DNA of 64,000 nucleotides from a virus (Duplodnaviria; Caudoviricetes): IMG/VR virus record IMGVR_UViG_3300042288_001626; one strand, 5' to 3'. Shown piece by piece: positions 1 to 9,576 of this stretch (position 1 is its first letter; each line of letters starts with the position of its first letter). The notes under the pieces were generated by a model. It saw only the letters and a program-made list of their open reading frames with translations, ran no database searches and was not told where the DNA came from. The position numbers and the translations under genes were made by a program.

Positions 1-53
1 TTGCTCCCCAACGGATTTTAAGTCCGTTGCGTCTGCCATTCCGCCACACCGGC
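1..53 (-). tRNA. tRNA-Leu(TAA), 3' part cut off by window edge
   Basis: Reverse complement GCCGGTGTGGCGGAATGGCAGACGCAACGGA-CT-TAA-AA-TCCGTTGGGG: Leu-type D arm, anticodon TAA. Confidence 0.9.
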
Positions 54-76
54 ATTGAATCTAAAAAAGAGCAGAG

Positions 77-148
<72 letters not shown>

Positions 149-196
149 GTTCTACTCTCTTCTAGTGAGGGGGAAAGTTTACCCACTCTATTCATA

Positions 197-212
197 ATAT
201 TATACCACAAAT
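197..212 (-). promoter_or_regulatory. Extended -10 promoter (TGTGG-TATAAT) upstream of tRNA pair
   Basis: Minus strand ATTTGTGGTATAATAT, about 50 nt upstream of the tRNA; identical 16-mer at 11233-11248. Confidence 0.65.
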
Positions 213-230
213 AACCCCAAAAATATATGA

Positions 231-680
231 CTAGACTGGTATCTTTCTGTGCTCTGACTCCTGTATTTTTGCTGTATTATTTAGCAGCTCTTTTATTTTT
301 GCAATCTCATTACGAAGTTCTTCAACTTCTTTCTTGAGCTTGGCTTCATCTTCTTTGTTTCTTATATGGTCTGTAGAACCGTAGCTTGTGTAGGAAGCAT
401 ATGTAAATGGAAATTCTTGCTGCCCTGCCGCACCCACACCTACGACAGGATATGCAAACCCAGAAGAACCTGCAGAGCTGATTGCATATCCTGGATATCT
501 AGCTAGTCTGTTGTCAGCCTCGACCAGGTCAGCCACAGTGAGAGGAGCAATAGGAGTGGCTCTCATCTGTCCGTAAGATGAGGCAGCTAGACTTGAGGCT
601 ACTCCGTGATCTTGCAGACCATAGGCATCGTTGACTATGTTCTGTGCAGCTACCTCTTGTTTAATGGCTTCTCTTTCCAT
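231..680 (-). CDS. hypothetical protein, C-terminal coiled coil
   Basis: 149-aa ORF in frame with minus-strand gene run; heptad-like C-terminus. Confidence 0.5.
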   Translation of the reverse strand: MEREAIKQEVAAQNIVNDAYGLQDHGVASSLAASSYGQMRATPIAPLTVADLVEADNRLARYPGYAISSAGSSGFAYPVVGVGAAGQQEFPFTYASYTSYGSTDHIRNKEDEAKLKKEVEELRNEIAKIKELLNNTAKIQESEHRKIPV

Positions 681-2154
681 AGCAGTAAACTATTTCACCG
701 ATTCCTCCTTCGTCTACAATAAAACACGACTGCCTTGATATATTATTGAGTCCCATTGCCTCGCTATGTTTGTCTCCTCGTACTGTTGTGCTCAGCATAT
801 AGTGCTCAAACTCAGCATACTCACGCATCTCTAGATGGTGCTGATCTGCGGTCAGGAAAACCTTTTGAGTTACACCTATAAGTGTTTCTGGCTTACTCAA
901 GAAGAGATTTGCTATATAGCTTTCTCTTGCCTTACCAGAAGAAGGAAGCCTTCCCTTGTACTCTGCGCTATAGCCGTGAGAGGCTACAAACAGAGTATTC
1001 TTTACTTTAAATAATCCATGGTCTGTTTGAAACACATCAAACTCTATTCTTTTTTCTGTCCTATAGTAGGCCTCGAGTGTTTTAAACAATACCCAGTCTC
1101 CAAAGTCGTTGTGATTTCCTTTAACGCTTTTGACTTTAACTTTCGGGAAAAGCGTCAGAAGTGTGTTGATTAGATATACGATGCTGTCGAAGGCGATAGT
1201 GAACTGCTCCTCCTTGATGCAATCGTGAACAAGCATAGTTCCCTTGGTAGTGAACCCTGCTCCTGTCGTATGGAGAATATCGCCCAATGAAGCAAGCACG
1301 CACTCATTAAGCCGATAAGATCTATTTTCAACAATTTTTCTGATTTCTTCTGCATAGTGTTTGATACATTCGGCGGCTTCTTTTGAGCTATATCCTTTGT
1401 CTCTGTAAGATTCTTTACTGTTTGTTTTTGCTCCAAAATGAACATCAGACAGACCAACAATAAGCGCTTTATCGTCAAAGCCTCTATGGTTGCTTTTTAG
1501 ATATTGAACAGGCAAATAAGCAGGAGGTTCCCAATTCTCGATGAAATTGGCGAAGGGATCAAGCACTCCTTGCTGCAACTTATTCCATTTTTCTGCGGAA
1601 CTTATCGTGTCTTTCCAGCTCTTTTTCTGGAACTCTTGATGTAGCTGGAATTTCTTTTTTTGTAGAAGATCTGAGGCAATCTCATCAACACCACGCTCCT
1701 GCAGCTGCTCATTGGTTATCGGCTCTGAGTCGTGAGTTACCTCAAGAACACGCAACACCTCTACTAGATAGTTTCTAGGAATAGCGTAATTCCTGGATAT
1801 TTCATTGATGGTGTGCTTATTGTTATACCAGTTTGAATAGTTTTCCTTGATGCCTCTGACAACATCACCGCTCAACACAACATTACTGTTGGCTGTTTTA
1901 AGATACATTACGTATGTATCATCGGCTTTGTTGTAGGTGTATTTCTCGGTAAATTTCAAACCTAGGGGTGTACCGTTATCGACGTGCCCTTTTTCCTCAG
2001 TCTTGTGTTGGGACTTGCCCATTTTTCTCAAGACTTCTTTATTAATTTCCACAACATCTTCCAGATCATACCCTTGACTCACAAGATATTTGGCAATTCC
2101 CTGTTTACGCTTTTTTAGCTTGATACAGTGCTGAATAAGGTCGGTTTTCTTCAT
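661..2154 (-). CDS. calcineurin-like metallophosphoesterase with long N-terminal extension
   Basis: Motifs SDVHFG, LGDILH, GNHND, SHG, DQHH in order. Confidence 0.8.
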   Translation of the reverse strand: MKKTDLIQHCIKLKKRKQGIAKYLVSQGYDLEDVVEINKEVLRKMGKSQHKTEEKGHVDNGTPLGLKFTEKYTYNKADDTYVMYLKTANSNVVLSGDVVRGIKENYSNWYNNKHTINEISRNYAIPRNYLVEVLRVLEVTHDSEPITNEQLQERGVDEIASDLLQKKKFQLHQEFQKKSWKDTISSAEKWNKLQQGVLDPFANFIENWEPPAYLPVQYLKSNHRGFDDKALIVGLSDVHFGAKTNSKESYRDKGYSSKEAAECIKHYAEEIRKIVENRSYRLNECVLASLGDILHTTGAGFTTKGTMLVHDCIKEEQFTIAFDSIVYLINTLLTLFPKVKVKSVKGNHNDFGDWVLFKTLEAYYRTEKRIEFDVFQTDHGLFKVKNTLFVASHGYSAEYKGRLPSSGKARESYIANLFLSKPETLIGVTQKVFLTADQHHLEMREYAEFEHYMLSTTVRGDKHSEAMGLNNISRQSCFIVDEGGIGEIVYCYGKRSH

Positions 2155-2319
2155 TTTTATTTTTTGTGAAACGAATGAGTTTTCTCAAAAAAAGCTGGAT
2201 ATTCTTTATTTTTAGCTATTTGTGTCTTGAACAGTCCTTGTACAAACTGAGTTTAGAATACAGATTTTGTTGAAATGCTCTATGACTGTACAAATAAATC
2301 GAAGCTAGGCAACAGCTTT

Positions 2320-3849
2320 TTAGTTGTAACCCAATAAAAAGCTGAATGCTGCTGCTCCATCTCCTTGTGCCTCTATTTCAATCACAATACTTCCTGTCTG
2401 TCCAGGACCTACTCGACCTAAATCTCCATAATTTTTTAAGGCTGACGGTAAGTAAGCAGGCAGCGGTTTAGTACTCGCTTGATTCAAAAACTCAAAGATT
2501 TTAACGCCATTCCATTTGAGGCGTACAAAGCTTCCGATACCAAATGCAGATATGTTGCTGGTAGGCAAAAACGCTATATATGGATACTTGTTTCCGTCAG
2601 CGTCTGCGCTCCCTATTCCAGGATTTGCTGCATCCACGTAATCGTTCCTATAGCAGACAACCAGAGTCATCTTGGAGTATTTGCCTGTTACTTCAAATGA
2701 GACATCTGTAGCTGAGGGTATAGTTGTATTCTGTTCTACAATCCATTTCCCAGGCATACCACTGACTGCGTCGCCTATTCTTGAACTTGTGAAGTTCAAA
2801 GGACACAAATCGAGATTCGATATTAGTTTGCTTACTCCTAGTGTGGCTGTGCATGTGGTCCAGAAACTTGCAGGAGGAATTACAGAAGCTGTCCTACCTA
2901 TTACTGTGTTTGATCCTCCTCCAGCAATACCATTACTCAAGCCTCTAAGCCTTATCGAGTAGTTAGTATTGTCGGAAAGTCCTTCTATTTTTAATGGACT
3001 GGCTGTACTTGCCGGAATTCTTTCCGTCCAAGTATTACCTGCGTCAGTGCTGTATGCGTAGTTTGTCGCTGCAGGGTTCGCTCCTGCCGCTGCTGGAATG
3101 AAGCTGACTAATAGTTCTCCTGCGTCCGCAGCAGCAACACTACTTATGGTTGGTGCGTCCGGAGAAGGTATTGTGTACGCATAAACTGTATCTTGTGTAG
3201 GCAGTCCTTTATTTCCAAGAAAATCAACTGCTCGGATTTTCACATTAAAAGTCATCCAAGGATGCAGCTGTGTTACGTATATTGGAGACGCAGTGCTGTC
3301 AATTCCTCTATGGTTCCATAGCTGCCCTCCGTCCAGACTATATTCGTAAGTTTTGATAGGAATACTTCCAGCTTTCGCAGGAACAAAGTTTATCATTATT
3401 GATGTGTATCCTCCTATTACGCTTGCGATGGTAGGTGCAGCAGGTATGGCGACCACAGCCTCACGCCCAGTTATATCATACAGCTGCTCGGGACCAAGAT
3501 CATCTAGAGCCTCCAGATCAGTGACGAGCTTCTTGACTTCGTACTTTAAAGACTCAAAGATCTCCGACAGAAGTTCTGGAGTTCTTGTCACAAGCTCTAT
3601 AGAGTCTGTTCTGTAGTAAGAGCTGTCTTCAGAAGGAGAATCCTCAGAAAAATCTTCCAATTGAACAGGAGTACACACGGCGACAAAAGTATCCTCAAAC
3701 AAGCCTTTCGCAAAATTTCTTGTTCGTTGATTGACAAAGATTTTGGAAGACATACCCTGAGGCTGCACAGCTTTAACAACCAACTTATAAGAAAAGATGT
3801 CAGGCAATTCAATGGTACTACTTTTAGATAATTTTATGCTTTTTGCCAT
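2320..3849 (-). CDS. probable virion protein with two fibronectin type III domains
   Basis: Two repeats of PxAPTI..V......F.PA...YxYSxDxG..W......SP....L......V.IRA; adjacent to portal block. Confidence 0.7.
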   Translation of the reverse strand: MAKSIKLSKSSTIELPDIFSYKLVVKAVQPQGMSSKIFVNQRTRNFAKGLFEDTFVAVCTPVQLEDFSEDSPSEDSSYYRTDSIELVTRTPELLSEIFESLKYEVKKLVTDLEALDDLGPEQLYDITGREAVVAIPAAPTIASVIGGYTSIMINFVPAKAGSIPIKTYEYSLDGGQLWNHRGIDSTASPIYVTQLHPWMTFNVKIRAVDFLGNKGLPTQDTVYAYTIPSPDAPTISSVAAADAGELLVSFIPAAAGANPAATNYAYSTDAGNTWTERIPASTASPLKIEGLSDNTNYSIRLRGLSNGIAGGGSNTVIGRTASVIPPASFWTTCTATLGVSKLISNLDLCPLNFTSSRIGDAVSGMPGKWIVEQNTTIPSATDVSFEVTGKYSKMTLVVCYRNDYVDAANPGIGSADADGNKYPYIAFLPTSNISAFGIGSFVRLKWNGVKIFEFLNQASTKPLPAYLPSALKNYGDLGRVGPGQTGSIVIEIEAQGDGAAAFSFLLGYN

Positions 3850-3926
3850 TTGACTGTAAGAAAGTTGTTGCTAGGAGCTAGATATACTATACATTAAGCG
3901 GACATTACGGAAAAATCAATAAAATT

Positions 3927-4526
3927 ATGACACCCACAGACAACATAGCAGGCTACAAAACAGGAGATCTAGTCGTCGGGAGTAGCGACCCAAGCAAGTC
4001 GGTCTATTCTGCTACAGGAGCGAAAAACACTCAGTCAGGAGTTAGCCTGTATGGTAATCCTGAGGCTATTGCAGAGCAAGGTAAAGCGATCGTTACTTCT
4101 CTTATACGTAACGGAGGCAAAAGGCTAGTTACTCACGGTCAACCCAAAACCTCCAAGAAAAAGGGAGCTAAACAGAAAACATCAGACTCTTTTCAGTACT
4201 CGTTTTCCGAGTATATCCCGGAAGAAACACAAACACCTCAACAAGAGGTTGAGGAAATTAGACTACAAACTATTCAGTTTGAAAACAGTTTTGGTAAAAT
4301 TAAAGCCAAAGTAGAGCATGTCATAGAACATAGTCTCGCGTTCCTCCTCATCTTCAGTGATGAGGACTCTGTTGTATTTGAGCCTAAAATTGGAGAGACG
4401 CTGCTTCTACATACGGCAGATAGGTACACATTCTCGGTATATTACCCAGGAGTTATTTTTGACTCGCCATCTGGACATAAAAGATTTATGATTTTGTTTA
4501 AAGTGCCCGAAGAAAATCAAGAATAA
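3927..4526 (+). CDS. hypothetical protein
   Basis: 199-aa ORF opening the plus-strand structural block. Confidence 0.6.
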   Translation: MTPTDNIAGYKTGDLVVGSSDPSKSVYSATGAKNTQSGVSLYGNPEAIAEQGKAIVTSLIRNGGKRLVTHGQPKTSKKKGAKQKTSDSFQYSFSEYIPEETQTPQQEVEEIRLQTIQFENSFGKIKAKVEHVIEHSLAFLLIFSDEDSVVFEPKIGETLLLHTADRYTFSVYYPGVIFDSPSGHKRFMILFKVPEENQE

Positions 4527-4529
4527 TTT

Positions 4530-4700
4530 ATGGAAAAACATGGCATGCTTACAGACGAATCGCTTAGCGATTTTGACAATACTAAGAAAGCAGAGTATTA
4601 CGATGCAGAGGGATTCAAGGTAGCTGATGAATCAAATAAACATAAGCTGACTCGCCCCGAAAAAATTGAAAATTTAAAAGAACAAAATCTTAATGATTAA
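4530..4700 (+). CDS. small hypothetical protein (56 aa, below ORF-track cutoff)
   Basis: Read manually: MEKHGMLTDESLSDFDNTKKAEYYDAEGFKVADES...; fills the gap and overlaps the portal start by 8 nt. Confidence 0.45.
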   Translation: MEKHGMLTDESLSDFDNTKKAEYYDAEGFKVADESNKHKLTRPEKIENLKEQNLND

Positions 4701-6486
4701 CTCCGACGACCCTCAAAGTTACTTTAATCTAGCTAATAGTGGTAGAGACCGCTATTCTAATCCTTTTTACAACATACCTCTTCAGTACCTTCCGATGAAT
4801 ATCGAAGGTATGCTTTTGTGGGCAGAGCATTTGCTTTTTAGAAACGGCTTTTATAAGCAAGCTCTGAATAGAATAGCTAACTATTTTATTACATCTTTGA
4901 CTGTAGATTGTGATGATGAAGAGGCCAAAAAGAAGTACGTTGAAATTCTTGATAAGCTTCAATGGAAAAAAGTTTGCTCTAAAGCTGGCTTAAACCTGCT
5001 TGCTTACGGTAATGAGTTTGTAACTGTAAACCAAGGATTTTACAGATATCTTACTTGTCCTAGCTGTAAGAAAACTTCAAATATTGATAAACTTAACAAT
5101 TTTGAGTTTAACAAAGGCAAGTATCTCATGACTTGTTTGAAGTGCTCTTATAAAGGAGAGCATGAATGCGTTGATAAGCCTGCCAACGATGTCGAAAAAA
5201 TTCATGTTGTTCATTGGCCAGCAAAAGAGATTCGTATCAGATACGAGGAGACTACAGGAGAAGCAGAATACTTTTGGGATATTCCTGGGCAATATTCTAA
5301 AAAAGTAATGACAAAGAACAATAAGTTCTATAGCAAAAAAACACCAAAGATCGTTTTTGAATGTGTCTTTAACAAGACAATGCTGGCGTTTAACTCAAAA
5401 AACTTTGTTCATCTAAAGCTTGATACTCCTAATACGTTGAGGACAGATGGAAAAGCCATACCTCCAAGCATGTTCATTTTTGAAGATTTCTTCATGCTTC
5501 AAACATTAAAGAGATATAATGAAGTTATATGCTTTGAAGACATTGCTCCCTTCCGTGTAATTGCGATGGGAGATGCTTCTAACCCGGCAGCAAACCCTTT
5601 ACTCAATCAGAATGGGGCTGTTTGGTCTAGCGCTGTCGACGAGATGATCGATGAACACCGTAGAGACCCTGGAGCTTATCATAAATTCGCATTTCCCCTA
5701 AACTATCAGCAGTTAGGTGGCGACGGTACAAAGTTGGCACCTACGGAGCTAATGGAACAGGCAAAGAATAATATTCTAAATGCTCTCGACATCCCTATTG
5801 AGATGTTCCAGATGAATTTTCAGCAACAAGCTGCTGGCCCAATGCTGCGTATGTTTGAAAATGCTTGGAGCGTAGTGCCGAGCAATTACAACATTCTGTT
5901 GAACCATATGGGCGAAGTAATCGGCAATATCATGGGGCTTCCCAAAGCCAAGATATCGTTAATTCCGATTACATTCAGTGACGACATCGAAAGAAAGAGT
6001 GTTATTGGACAGCTTGTCTCTGCGAACTCTATCGCCAGGTCTGAACTGCTCAAACTCTACAACTTCGATTACGAAGATCAGGTCAGGAAAAAGATGCAGG
6101 AAGATCGTACTGTACAAGAAATTCAAGAAGAAGAAATGGAAAAGCAGCAGATCTCGCAGGCGACTCAGCAGAACGTTATGCAGATGCTTCAGGGAAATCC
6201 ACAGCAAGGAGGAGCCCCTGGAGGACAAATGCCTGCTCAGGGTGGTGGTGGAGGAGGCGTTACGCCGCAGGATGCTCTCGCACAGGCACAGCAGATAGCG
6301 CAGCAGCTATTCCCTCTCGACGCAGCTCAAAGAAGATCTCAGCTGCAGCAGATCAAGGCCACCGACCAGGACTTGTATGCTCAAGTAAAAGCTCAGCTAG
6401 AACAAATGACATCTCAATCAAAATCCCAAGGGTTAGCTGGAGCAAAACAGCAAGCTGCCGGAGGAGGTCAACAGCAACAACAATGA
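4693..6486 (+). CDS. probable portal protein with Zn-ribbon insertion and Gln-rich tail
   Basis: 597 aa; N-terminal NPFY..P.QYLP...L.W.E.L..N...I.NY.ITSL resembles large-phage portal-like proteins as I recall them; CPSC...CLKC insert; structural context. Not confirmed by profile search. Confidence 0.6.
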   Translation: MINSDDPQSYFNLANSGRDRYSNPFYNIPLQYLPMNIEGMLLWAEHLLFRNGFYKQALNRIANYFITSLTVDCDDEEAKKKYVEILDKLQWKKVCSKAGLNLLAYGNEFVTVNQGFYRYLTCPSCKKTSNIDKLNNFEFNKGKYLMTCLKCSYKGEHECVDKPANDVEKIHVVHWPAKEIRIRYEETTGEAEYFWDIPGQYSKKVMTKNNKFYSKKTPKIVFECVFNKTMLAFNSKNFVHLKLDTPNTLRTDGKAIPPSMFIFEDFFMLQTLKRYNEVICFEDIAPFRVIAMGDASNPAANPLLNQNGAVWSSAVDEMIDEHRRDPGAYHKFAFPLNYQQLGGDGTKLAPTELMEQAKNNILNALDIPIEMFQMNFQQQAAGPMLRMFENAWSVVPSNYNILLNHMGEVIGNIMGLPKAKISLIPITFSDDIERKSVIGQLVSANSIARSELLKLYNFDYEDQVRKKMQEDRTVQEIQEEEMEKQQISQATQQNVMQMLQGNPQQGGAPGGQMPAQGGGGGGVTPQDALAQAQQIAQQLFPLDAAQRRSQLQQIKATDQDLYAQVKAQLEQMTSQSKSQGLAGAKQQAAGGGQQQQQ

Positions 6487-6487
6487 T

Positions 6488-6856
6488 ATGGCAAACAAAG
6501 TATATACTTGTGTAGTTAGCGGTAAAAAAATACCGAAAGAAAGAATAGAAGCATTGAAAATGCTTGGCGTTCCAGAGAGTCGATGGACTTGTGTTGAACA
6601 CGCTCTAGATATGCCAAGAAAAGGTATCTATATGGGCGAGGTAGGTACCAGCGAGCTGAGAATAGTAAATAAAGTCTATGACGACTCTGTGCGCTCCGTT
6701 TTCAGAGGAAGTAAGAAGGAACACGTCGCTGACAGTGATGACGTTTCCGACGATAAAACCGATTACGATTCAAAAGAATTAAACTATTATATTTCTGACG
6801 AAGATCAGCCTGACCCTGCCGAAAAAGTCGAAATTATCAAGCGACAACAGCCTTGA
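6488..6856 (+). CDS. protein with degenerate TraR/DksA-like zinc-finger N-terminus, acidic C-terminus
   Basis: CVVSGKKIPKERIEAL...CVEH matches C..CG..IP.ERL.A....C..C with two ligands altered. Confidence 0.45.
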   Translation: MANKVYTCVVSGKKIPKERIEALKMLGVPESRWTCVEHALDMPRKGIYMGEVGTSELRIVNKVYDDSVRSVFRGSKKEHVADSDDVSDDKTDYDSKELNYYISDEDQPDPAEKVEIIKRQQP

Positions 6857-6904
6857 TTTGTCCTATAATTATGTATAACATAACCCGGACCACTATTTCT
6901 AAAT

Positions 6905-7429
6905 ATGCCACCTCGAGACGAACATTCAATTCAAGCCATTTCTTTAGCAGTAGCTGAGTTGGAAAGTCAAAAAAGGCTGACTGACGCAGAAATAACTAAC
7001 ATCAAAATAAGGTTAGAGTCGTATATCTCCACAACCCAGGAACAGTTCAGAACCCTAGGAGCTACAGTTACAGAAATTCGCGACATGGCCAGAGACAATA
7101 AACATATTACTATAGGTGTGGACGGCAATAACGGCCTAAAGGGTACCTTAGAAATCTTGGTTCGTGACGTTACCGCGATGATTAAAGAGTTTGAATTCCT
7201 TAGGCAGACTGCCCACAGCTATGTAGAGATGAAAACCTGGCTAATTAGACTTCTTATCACCTCGGTAGCTGCCATTATTTTTCAATTTGGTAGTGCTTTC
7301 TGGACAATGAATATGCAGACGACCAGACAGGATAGTTTGAGAGAAGAAATGACAAAGGTTACTGCGTATATAAATAAACAGCAGCAGCTGCAGGAAGACT
7401 TCAAAACTAAGCCACAAGGAAAACCTTAA
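6905..7429 (+). CDS. coiled-coil protein with one transmembrane helix (lysis region)
   Basis: Heptad repeats plus WLIRLLITSVAAIIFQFGSAFW hydrophobic segment. Confidence 0.55.
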   Translation: MPPRDEHSIQAISLAVAELESQKRLTDAEITNIKIRLESYISTTQEQFRTLGATVTEIRDMARDNKHITIGVDGNNGLKGTLEILVRDVTAMIKEFEFLRQTAHSYVEMKTWLIRLLITSVAAIIFQFGSAFWTMNMQTTRQDSLREEMTKVTAYINKQQQLQEDFKTKPQGKP

Positions 7430-7436
7430 TTAGATT

Positions 7437-7649
7437 ATGTTCAGACCCTTATTGATTGCGCTGCTGTTAAGTACTGCAAGTTGTGCAACACAACACAAGA
7501 AAGCTTCCGCACCAATCAATATTCCTAAGCCTCAAATAGCTAATATCAGAGAGCAATCTGCTGATAACATTAAAAAGCTAGACGACACACTAAACAGATT
7601 AGAGTCTAGAGCTGAAAAAATAAAATTGCTACTAAACTCTATTGAATGA
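7437..7649 (+). CDS. lipoprotein, o-spanin-like
   Basis: Signal MFRPLLIALLLSTAS-C (lipobox Cys16), short coiled coil, lysis cassette context. Confidence 0.55.
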   Translation: MFRPLLIALLLSTASCATQHKKASAPINIPKPQIANIREQSADNIKKLDDTLNRLESRAEKIKLLLNSIE

Positions 7650-8178
7650 TATGAATAAGACGGCACTTTCTTTACTTGTTTACTTATCCCTGTGCTTCTT
7701 TGCTAGTGGTGCCGATAGTCAGATAACTGCAGAGGTAAAGAAAAAGTTGCTCGCCGAGGTTGCGGGATTCCAACAAGACCTGTTGCAGGCAGACCAGCAG
7801 ATATACAAACTGCAACAAGACAATAATGCAATCATAGTTAAATTGCAAAATATGGAGTCTTGGGGATTGCTTCAACAAGAAGAAAAAGAAAGCTACTACC
7901 AGCAAGTATTGGAAGCTGAGAATAACTGGGCCGAGGCAAAAGCAACTATAGATCTAGAAAAAATGAAACAAAAACAATTGGCGGATAAATATGACAGAAT
8001 TAAGCGGATCTTTTGTTTGCTCGCTGGATCGTGTGCCGCTCTTTTGTTTCTAAAGTTCGAAAAGCTACTTCAACCTATTTTAACCTCGTTAGCAGGTCCT
8101 TGGGTACTTCTGACTCCTTTCATTGGTGTGTCTGTGTGCTTTTCAGTAGGTTATGGTGTAGCATATTTCTTTTTATAA
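7642..8178 (+). CDS. membrane coiled-coil protein, spanin-like
   Basis: N-terminal hydrophobic signal, long Gln/Glu coiled coil, two C-terminal TM segments; overlaps lipoprotein gene by 8 nt. Confidence 0.5.
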   Translation: MNDMNKTALSLLVYLSLCFFASGADSQITAEVKKKLLAEVAGFQQDLLQADQQIYKLQQDNNAIIVKLQNMESWGLLQQEEKESYYQQVLEAENNWAEAKATIDLEKMKQKQLADKYDRIKRIFCLLAGSCAALLFLKFEKLLQPILTSLAGPWVLLTPFIGVSVCFSVGYGVAYFFL

Positions 8179-8181
8179 AGT

Positions 8182-8607
8182 ATGATAAATCAAATTAAAA
8201 ATATTTATAGTAATGCTGCTGCTTTTTTACAGCAAGGTGTAGCTCCACCAAATACCCCTCCAGAACAGCAGAAAGCGCTAGAGTCTATAAACCATCTAGC
8301 TTCAAAAAAGTTTTTTATAACTATGTCTGCTTTCCTGATTTTAGGGATAGCTTTCTGTGTAAATATGGTTTTGCTGTACAATATGGACAGTCACCCAAAT
8401 TTACTTCCTTCTTATGTGGTTATCTTTTCTAAGACCATAGAAGTTTTTGCCGCTATTATGGCTGTTTATCTTGGAGGACAAGCTGTGGTCGACTTAAAAT
8501 ATAACAGTTCTAGCAATGCTAGTATTTCTGAGAACATTCAAAAGACAGAAATACAGCAGACCACAAGCATAGCTATAGAAAAAGAAGAGGACTACTCTTT
8601 AGATTAA
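8182..8607 (+). CDS. putative holin
   Basis: Two TM segments, directly upstream of endolysin; SKKFFIT...YLGGQAVVD holin-like pattern. Confidence 0.6.
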   Translation: MINQIKNIYSNAAAFLQQGVAPPNTPPEQQKALESINHLASKKFFITMSAFLILGIAFCVNMVLLYNMDSHPNLLPSYVVIFSKTIEVFAAIMAVYLGGQAVVDLKYNSSSNASISENIQKTEIQQTTSIAIEKEEDYSLD

Positions 8608-8608
8608 T

Positions 8609-9211
8609 ATGAAAATCAATAAAGAAGGCGAGCTATTCATTATCGAAGAAGAAACAGGAGGACGTGCCTATTATGAGGATGTCTATGAGAATACCTTTAT
8701 ATGGCCTGGAGGATTTAGCGGCTGCACGGCCATGGTAGGCGTCGATATAGGCTACTATAGCGAGCAAGACATTTCGCTTATGTTTAAGTCTATAGTCAGT
8801 GCCGATGAACTAGCCCTGATTCAAAAAGGTAGAGGACTGACCGGGTTAAAAGCAAAAGAATATCTGCCGAACTTAAAGAAGATTATTCTTACCTGGGAAG
8901 AGGCTATTTCTGTATTTAAAGCAGTTACATTGCCTAAATTTTGTGGACTCACAGCTAGAGTATTTCCTGGCGCAGACGATCTTTGTGAGGACGCTCAGGC
9001 AGCCTTATTATCTCTTGTCTTTAACAGAGGAACATCTGTAAGAGGCGAATCTAGAAAAGAAATGGCTGAGATTAAAAAGCTGGTGCCATCTAAAGACTAT
9101 GAAGGCATAGCCAAGCAGATAAAGAGCATGAAGCGGCTATGGGCGAAAGGCTCAGGCCTTCTAGGCAGACGAGACAGAGAAGCTGCGCTAGTGCTAAAGT
9201 GTACTAGCTAG
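8609..9211 (+). CDS. endolysin, lysozyme/pesticin-like muramidase
   Basis: E-E-TGG...WPGG.SG.T..VG.DIGY N-lobe; ALLSLVFNRG and GLLGRRDREA C-lobe typical of the T4L/pesticin fold. Confidence 0.75.
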   Translation: MKINKEGELFIIEEETGGRAYYEDVYENTFIWPGGFSGCTAMVGVDIGYYSEQDISLMFKSIVSADELALIQKGRGLTGLKAKEYLPNLKKIILTWEEAISVFKAVTLPKFCGLTARVFPGADDLCEDAQAALLSLVFNRGTSVRGESRKEMAEIKKLVPSKDYEGIAKQIKSMKRLWAKGSGLLGRRDREAALVLKCTS

Positions 9212-9528
9212 AACTTGTCGTCGTCGGAGTCGTCATCCAGGTCTTCGTCGACATGTTCTATAATTCTATGGTTTTCTTCCTCGTCTCTCAGCGCAGTATT
9301 TTGCATATGCTGCAGCGCTGCGGTGACATGCATGTTTGCAAAGTTAGTTAATCCCAGTCTTATGACTGCGTTGTCGTAAGACTCGTGAGCATACAGATCT
9401 CCTTGCTCGTTACACACCAAAAGCAGATACCCTCGCGTGTATTCTTCTAGCTGCAATAGAAAGCTGTGAGGTATTTCAAATCCTTCCTGGTTGTTGTTTT
9501 CTTGCATATACTTATTATAGCTGGTCAA
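9208..9528 (-). CDS. hypothetical protein, acidic tail
   Basis: 106-aa ORF convergent with endolysin, 4-nt overlap. Confidence 0.55.
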   Translation of the reverse strand: MTSYNKYMQENNNQEGFEIPHSFLLQLEEYTRGYLLLVCNEQGDLYAHESYDNAVIRLGLTNFANMHVTAALQHMQNTALRDEEENHRIIEHVDEDLDDDSDDDKF

Positions 9529-9533
9529 TAGCT

Positions 9534-9567
9534 AAAAAAAAGGAAAAACCATTACGGTTCTTCCTTT
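9534..9567 (-). terminator. intrinsic terminator
   Basis: AAAGGAAGAACC-GTAAT-GGTTTTTCCTTT followed by T tract, just after stop at 9577. Confidence 0.7.
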
Positions 9568-9576
9568 CTATTTAAT

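Noticed and set aside
3850-3888. TTGACT...TATACT sigma70-like promoter for the portal block
   Set aside because: Spacing is 27 nt, not 16-18.
6455-6486. Portal C-terminal GGGQQQQQ as a JAB-cleavable Ubl-like site
   Set aside because: Part of a low-complexity Gly/Gln tail with no beta-grasp domain before it.
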